A stretch of 64,000 nt of DNA from Promethearchaeota archaeon. Lineage in GTDB: Archaea; Asgardarchaeota; Lokiarchaeia; Sigyniarchaeales; SOKP01. A program made the position numbers and the translations under genes. The notes under the pieces were generated by a model. The model did not search any database. It was not told where the DNA came from and saw only the letters and a list, made by a program, of their open reading frames with translations. Each line of letters starts with the position of its first letter. Positions within the stretch are counted from its first letter, which is position 1. Shown here piece after piece: positions 58,736-64,000 of this stretch. The DNA is taken from the NCBI GenBank assembly GCA_048940645.1, contig JBHLOI010000004.1, positions 1-64,000 of the forward strand, in the 5' to 3' direction.

Positions 58736-59083
58736 ATGACAAAAGAAATAGATCTTGAAAATATGGGTGATTATATAAAAGCACTGCATTGTGAAATTCG
58801 TTGGGTTTTAATAGACATTTTACGAGATGGTCCAAAATCTTCTGATGAGATTTTTAACCATCTTAAAAGTGTTAGTGGAAAAATTAACGATAATATAAAA
58901 TGCCATGGTATGTGTGGTAAAGGAGATTTTAAGGATTTAAAGAAACCATCTTTATATTATCATCTTAGGGAATTAGAAAACGTAGGTATTATTAAAGCAG
59001 ATTACAAGCCAAGCGAAAGTAAAAGAGCCCCTGAAAAAGTATGGAAATTGAATTTGGAAAAACTAACAATAAATTTAAAATAA
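58736..59083 (+). CDS. ArsR-like winged-helix regulator with a Cys/His insertion
   Basis: KAL....RW.LI..L, LYYHL.ELE..GII and RAPEKVW motifs; KCHGMCG insert. Confidence 0.8.
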   Translation: MTKEIDLENMGDYIKALHCEIRWVLIDILRDGPKSSDEIFNHLKSVSGKINDNIKCHGMCGKGDFKDLKKPSLYYHLRELENVGIIKADYKPSESKRAPEKVWKLNLEKLTINLK

Positions 59084-59169
59084 ATTTAATCATATCCTTT
59101 CTCAACTCTAAATATAACATTAACCTTTCGAGCAACATTAACAAACTGGATTAAAAAAAAAAAGAATTT

Positions 59170-59973
59170 TTAAGTGTATTTTTCATGTAAGCTTTTTATA
59201 AAATCATCAAGTTCCTTCATAGACTTTTTTTCTGTATCATATGCAACTATCCCGCACTCATCTTCTAAATCAAAAAATGATTTAATATATCTTTTATTCA
59301 TGATGGCTAACATTGATTTTATAAAGAATAAAAATTCTGTCTGGTATTTTGTTAATTGCTTCACAAAAGTAAGAGTTTCTTCTTCAAGTTTATCCGGTGG
59401 AAACACCCGTGTTGGAAAATTAATATTTTGCAATTCTTGTATCCCTACTTTATCAGTAGTAAAAAGAAGATTTTTTGCGTAAGTTAATCCAAATGCTATT
59501 AAAGGCAGGAATGTAGCTCCAGTCTGCGGAAAAGCGGATATAGCTATTTCCGGAAGCCTTAAATACAACTCATCCTTAGGTCTATTCGCAAACACTCGTA
59601 AGTCTGACGCCAAGGTTATTAATACTCCAAAACCAACGGCAATACCTTGGACTTGGACTATCACAGGCTTCTTTAGTAGAACAATACTCTCATTAACGTT
59701 TCTTCCCCATTCTTGGATCATTTTTGCCTTTTCAGGAGATCCTTGAATCTCTTTTAGGTCATATCCCGCAGAAAAGAACCTATCCCCTGTACTCTTAATT
59801 AAGATACATTTAACTTTCTCATTTTTATCAGCGTCAATTAAACTCTCGTGAATCTTTTTCAACATTGCAACATTACAAGAGTTAGCCTTATCGGGTCTAT
59901 TAATTGTAATAATAGCAATTCGTCCTTTTATTTCGTATAAAATCAAATCTTGGCTACTCATAAGAATTGACAC
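59170..59973 (-). CDS. Enoyl-CoA hydratase/isomerase family protein
   Basis: ITINRP.KAN, FFSAGYDL, KPVI..V.G.AVG.G and PE motifs. Confidence 0.88.
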   Translation of the reverse strand: MSILMSSQDLILYEIKGRIAIITINRPDKANSCNVAMLKKIHESLIDADKNEKVKCILIKSTGDRFFSAGYDLKEIQGSPEKAKMIQEWGRNVNESIVLLKKPVIVQVQGIAVGFGVLITLASDLRVFANRPKDELYLRLPEIAISAFPQTGATFLPLIAFGLTYAKNLLFTTDKVGIQELQNINFPTRVFPPDKLEEETLTFVKQLTKYQTEFLFFIKSMLAIMNKRYIKSFFDLEDECGIVAYDTEKKSMKELDDFIKSLHEKYT

Positions 59974-60114
59974 TTAAAATTTAATTAAAGATGTAAATGG
60001 AATGATTTTTAGATTACTAATGAACTATCAATCTATTATATAATAAATATTTTAACTATTAAGGTTTATATAGACTATTATCTGAGATAAAAACATTCAA
60101 ACAATAATCGATAG

Positions 60115-60591
60115 GTGATAAATATAGAAAATATAATTATGATTAAAGAAGAATTTAATTGTGACGTACCTACAGCTTTTAAAATGTTTACAGAAAATAA
60201 TTTAATCGAATCTTGGTTAACCGAGAAGGCTGATGTAGAAGCAAAAATTAGAGGTAAGTATGAGCTTTTCTGGGACCCTAACAATCCCAAAGATAATAGT
60301 ACTATTGGGTGTAAAGTTACTGGAGTTGAGCCTAACAAATTTATTTCATTTGATTGGAAGGGACCTGTACAATTTAAATCCTTTATGAATTCTGCTGATC
60401 CGTTAACTCACATTATTGTATTTTTTTCTGTTAATGATCATCTGAACCAGAATAACACTAATATTTACCTTTTCCATACTGGGTGGAGAAAAACCCAAGA
60501 ATGGCAAGATGCTCGTAATTTCTTTGAAAAAGCCTGGAAAAAAGCTTTCAAGGAATTAAAAGAAAGAATTAGTGAAGGAATAAATATTTGA
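60115..60591 (+). CDS. SRPBCC/AHSA1 ligand-binding domain protein
   Basis: F......SW, A.VE...GGKY.LFW, ISF.W, L.HTGW and AW...F..L motifs. Confidence 0.85.
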   Translation: MINIENIIMIKEEFNCDVPTAFKMFTENNLIESWLTEKADVEAKIRGKYELFWDPNNPKDNSTIGCKVTGVEPNKFISFDWKGPVQFKSFMNSADPLTHIIVFFSVNDHLNQNNTNIYLFHTGWRKTQEWQDARNFFEKAWKKAFKELKERISEGINI

Positions 60592-60607
60592 TGAGATTAA
60601 CCCTTTT

Positions 60608-61603
60608 TCACTTATTCGTAGTAAGTACACTTTTAGGGATATGGATTGCGAATTTACATTCCAGGGCACCATTTAAAGCAGTCTGCACAGGTTCAACTTT
60701 AATGGATTGCTCGAAAAGTTGATCCCAATAAAGCTTATACCAACCCGCACTACAATGACAGAAATCTTCTGTAATTTCTTTTTCAGTACCATTTTTTATT
60801 GCTCCTCTAATCCAAGGACAATAACAAATAAAAAATTTCTTCATTCGATCATCTTTAGCATCTAAAAACTTCCTCATTTGGTAAGGAAGTTTTGATACAT
60901 ATATGATATTTTTATCTCTAATCCCTTCAGCAATCATCTGATTATTTTTTACATATTGTATTATCTCATCATCTATTTTCTGTGCAAATTCTAAAGTACC
61001 TTCATCTCTATGTTTCTCAAGTCTTGCTATTAGATCTTGATGTTTCTTCACTAAAAAACGATCTATCCCTACTTCCTTTAGGAGTTTTTTATCACCCTCA
61101 ATATCATCTGGAGGTCGTCCATGAAGGCATGGTGAAAGTAGATCAACAACTTTTTCCTTCCCAATTTTTTTTTCCAGTCTTTTTAAAATAACCTTTGTAA
61201 ATTCGGGTTTCTTTTCAGGATGAATACCAAGCGGGGGAATAATTAAATCTTGGAAGATTTCATCCCTTAAAGGTTCGCTATAAAATTCTGCTACTCTCGA
61301 GTACAAGTTATCCATTGCGTTATAAGATTCACTAATATCTATTACTTTAGTAATAAATTCATATCTCTTAGTAAAATTAGCATAGTACATTATTGCTCTT
61401 AGGAAATCTAAAACAAATTCTCCATCCAGCGAGACGAGATATTCAGAATATTCCATAATCTTTTCAGGTAAACTTATTTCAAGGGTTAGGTTATCGTTAG
61501 AGAGAAATTTTTCATAATTCTTAATTTGTTCAATTAATTTTGTAATGATTTGACTCTCAACTTTTCTTTCTTTCAAATACTTTTTAAATTTAGCTTCATT
61601 CAT
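60608..61603 (-). CDS. DUF6144-like Cys-rich protein (V4R-like C-terminus)
   Basis: CYCPW, FCHCSAGW and V.......G...CKFAI motifs. Confidence 0.6.
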   Translation of the reverse strand: MNEAKFKKYLKERKVESQIITKLIEQIKNYEKFLSNDNLTLEISLPEKIMEYSEYLVSLDGEFVLDFLRAIMYYANFTKRYEFITKVIDISESYNAMDNLYSRVAEFYSEPLRDEIFQDLIIPPLGIHPEKKPEFTKVILKRLEKKIGKEKVVDLLSPCLHGRPPDDIEGDKKLLKEVGIDRFLVKKHQDLIARLEKHRDEGTLEFAQKIDDEIIQYVKNNQMIAEGIRDKNIIYVSKLPYQMRKFLDAKDDRMKKFFICYCPWIRGAIKNGTEKEITEDFCHCSAGWYKLYWDQLFEQSIKVEPVQTALNGALECKFAIHIPKSVLTTNK

Positions 61604-61863
61604 GACTATTCTATTAATGAGTTATTTTGGGAAAAATATATATATTTTCAATTTCAACCTAAAAACCCTTAAATGTTATTTATATTGAAAGTGACCCACA
61701 TGAGATATTTTAGGATAATCTATTCATAAATAAAAAAAAATAGGAATTACTCCAAGTAGATTTTTCAGATTCATTTGTCGAATACTTTTTCGGAAAAATT
61801 TAGATACCAATGACAATAATTTAGCATTAATAGAATAGACAGCAAAATCAGAATGTAAAAAAA

Positions 61864-63357
61864 ATGAAGGAATATAGTATTACTGAAATTCAAGCCTTAA
61901 TGAAAAAAGGTGAACTTTCTGCTAGAAAACTAACTGAAATGTATCTAACTCGCATTCATGAAATCGATAAATTGGGTCCCAAAATAAATGCTGTAATTGA
62001 AATTAATCCAGAAGCATTAAAAGTTGCAGAAAATTTAGATGAGGAATGGAAAAACAACAAAGTTCGTGGACCTTTACATGGTATTCCGGTTATTATTAAA
62101 GATAACATTAACACTGCGGATAAGATGCAAACAACTGCGGGATCTTTAGCCCTTGAAGGGAACATTGCTTCGGAAGATGCCTTTATTGTTAAAAAGTTAC
62201 GAGATGCAGGAGCAATAATTCTCGGAAAAGCAAATTTAAGTGAATGGGCAAATTTTCGTTCAACTCGTTCTACTAGTGGTTGGAGCAGTCGAGGAGGACA
62301 AACTCTTAACCCATATTCATTAGATAGAAGTCCATGTGGCTCTAGCTCTGGATCCGCTGTTGCTGTAGCAGCTAATTTATGTTCAGTTGTCATAGGAACT
62401 GAAACCGATGGTTCGATAATATGTCCTTCACATGTTAGTTCAATTGTAGGAATTAAACCAACAATTGGATTAGTTAGCCGAACTGGAATTATACCAATTT
62501 CACATAATCAAGATACTGCTGGACCTATGGCAAGAACCGTTCGAGATGCAACGATTCTACTGGGTATAATAGCAGGGGTTGATCCTGATGATACAAGCAC
62601 TATAAAGCATAACAATGAAATTCCTTCAGATTATACGAAATTGTTAGATTCTAATGGTTTGAATGGAGCAAGAATTGGTGTTGCTCGAAACTATTTTGGT
62701 AAAAATGATCATATAGATAAAATTATAGAGGGAGCCATTAAAAAAATGAAAGCACTAGGAGCAGAAATAATAGATCCTGTTGAAATTAAAGCTATTGATG
62801 ATTTAGAGGACCCTGAATTTGAAGTCCTTTTATTTGATTTTAAACATGATTTGAATGAGTATTTAGCCAAATATGGACCTGTTAATTCTATGAAGAATAT
62901 AGATGATATTATCCAGTTTAACAAAGAACATCAAGAGAAAGTTATGCCTTATTTTGGACAAGAAATATTCATTATGGCAAGTGAAAAAGGCCCCCTAACG
63001 AGTGATGAGTATGAAGAAGCGTTAAAAAAATGTCATCGCTTAGCTCGAGATGAAGGAATTGATGCAGTTTTGGAAGAGCATCAATTAGATGCTATTATAG
63101 CTCCAAGTGGAGGAGCTGCTTGGCCAATAGATTATGTCAATGGAGATCATTTCACTGGGGGAAGTTCTTCTGCTGCAGCAATTGCAGGATATCCCAATAT
63201 AACAGTTCCAGTAGGTTATGTGTTTGGTTTACCAGTTGGTATTTCATTTTTTGGTGGTGCTTTTCAGGAGCCAAAATTACTAAAAATTGCGTATTCTTTT
63301 GAGCAATCAACCCAAATACGCAAATCACCTAAATTTTTACCAAAATTAGATTTATAG
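61864..63357 (+). CDS. Amidase signature family enzyme
   Basis: GPLHGIPV.IKDNI, GKANLSEW, GSSSGSA and GTETDGSI..P motifs. Confidence 0.93.
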   Translation: MKEYSITEIQALMKKGELSARKLTEMYLTRIHEIDKLGPKINAVIEINPEALKVAENLDEEWKNNKVRGPLHGIPVIIKDNINTADKMQTTAGSLALEGNIASEDAFIVKKLRDAGAIILGKANLSEWANFRSTRSTSGWSSRGGQTLNPYSLDRSPCGSSSGSAVAVAANLCSVVIGTETDGSIICPSHVSSIVGIKPTIGLVSRTGIIPISHNQDTAGPMARTVRDATILLGIIAGVDPDDTSTIKHNNEIPSDYTKLLDSNGLNGARIGVARNYFGKNDHIDKIIEGAIKKMKALGAEIIDPVEIKAIDDLEDPEFEVLLFDFKHDLNEYLAKYGPVNSMKNIDDIIQFNKEHQEKVMPYFGQEIFIMASEKGPLTSDEYEEALKKCHRLARDEGIDAVLEEHQLDAIIAPSGGAAWPIDYVNGDHFTGGSSSAAAIAGYPNITVPVGYVFGLPVGISFFGGAFQEPKLLKIAYSFEQSTQIRKSPKFLPKLDL

Positions 63358-63498
63358 TAAAGAAAGATAGAGATAAAAAATTTAGTTCATAGAAATTTGT
63401 TTGAAAGTTAATATACCAATTGAATCTATATAGATTAACTTTTTTTAAAATAGAGATAATAATTACTATATTACTAATTATATTAAAATGAAAAAATT

Positions 63499-64000
63499 AT
63501 GATAACTTGGATTTTAGGTGTAATACTAATTATTTGGATAATAATAATGCGTTTTAGTAAAGAGGGAAAAATTGAGGGAGAACCGTTATCTTTACCACGT
63601 GGTACAATAAGAGCATTAATTACTTTATTAATTGTATCTTTTCCATTGAATAATTTAATTCAAGGTAAAGAAATTCCACCTATAATTATTAATGCTGTTT
63701 TTATATTAGTTGCTTTTTACTTTGAAGCCAGAAAAGGTATTAAAGAAGAATTAAAAAAGATTATCAAGCATATCAAAAGTCCTGAAAAATTGGAATTAGA
63801 AACAAAAACACAAAAATATCCTTTATATTTACCAAAATACTCAGTGAGAATTACATTAATAATTATTTTAGCATTCACATTAGTTTATAATCTACTAGGA
63901 CCTATGGTCCCTTTTGTAACAACGAACACTCTTCAAGATATTTTGATTATTATTGTATTATTCATAATTGGAGCTATATTTAGAGCAATTGGAATTGCAC
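63499..64000 (+). CDS. Membrane protein with internal PLxLP repeat (5' part, truncated)
   Basis: Open frame from ATG 63499 to the window end; PLSLPRGTIRALI and PLYLPKYSVRITL repeats each precede TM helices. Confidence 0.7.
   Translation, partial: MITWILGVILIIWIIIMRFSKEGKIEGEPLSLPRGTIRALITLLIVSFPLNNLIQGKEIPPIIINAVFILVAFYFEARKGIKEELKKIIKHIKSPEKLELETKTQKYPLYLPKYSVRITLIIILAFTLVYNLLGPMVPFVTTNTLQDILIIIVLFIIGAIFRAIGIA

Noticed and set aside
756-63302. Numerous short antisense or nested ORFs in the track (e.g. 756-1019, 17648-17995, 41145-41510, 49622-49981, 61956-62393)
   Set aside because: They lie within well-supported genes, on the opposite strand or in another frame, and show no motifs; treated as shadow ORFs
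1-64000. CRISPR arrays, tRNA/rRNA genes, IS elements or integrases
   Set aside because: No regularly spaced repeats, GC-rich structural RNA blocks or transposase/recombinase ORFs were seen by eye

Overview
AT-rich archaeal chromosomal DNA, very likely Asgard archaea of the Lokiarchaeia/Promethearchaeia type. The basis is a eukaryote-like actin, an Asgard-type profilin domain, a small GTPase, Smc5/6-like machinery, AGGTGA ribosome-binding sites and T-run terminators. The window holds about 60 tightly packed genes, and I see no rRNA, tRNA, CRISPR array or IS element. Four loci stand out. (1) An actin gene (45544-46680) is followed 60 bp downstream by a gene for a profilin-like domain fused to a TrmB-type winged-helix and a third domain (44281-45483), with palindromes upstream of actin. 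This is a candidate actin-sensing transcription regulator and my best candidate for an undescribed system. (2) A four-gene operon encodes a catalytically degenerate AAA+ protein, an Smc5/6-like SMC, an Nse4/ScpA-like kleisin and a kite (21628-27534), convergent on an atypical small GTPase. (3) An arsenic island contains a SAM-methyltransferase-HgcA fusion, hgcB and Cys-rich accessory proteins (27772-33582). (4) A PadR-headed stress/resistance-like cluster carries two BtrH-like peptidases and a DrrC-type UvrA, preceded by a nested palindromic operator (46918-56520). Several genes appear to start at ATA/ATT codons. All family calls come from motif recognition by eye; no database search was run.
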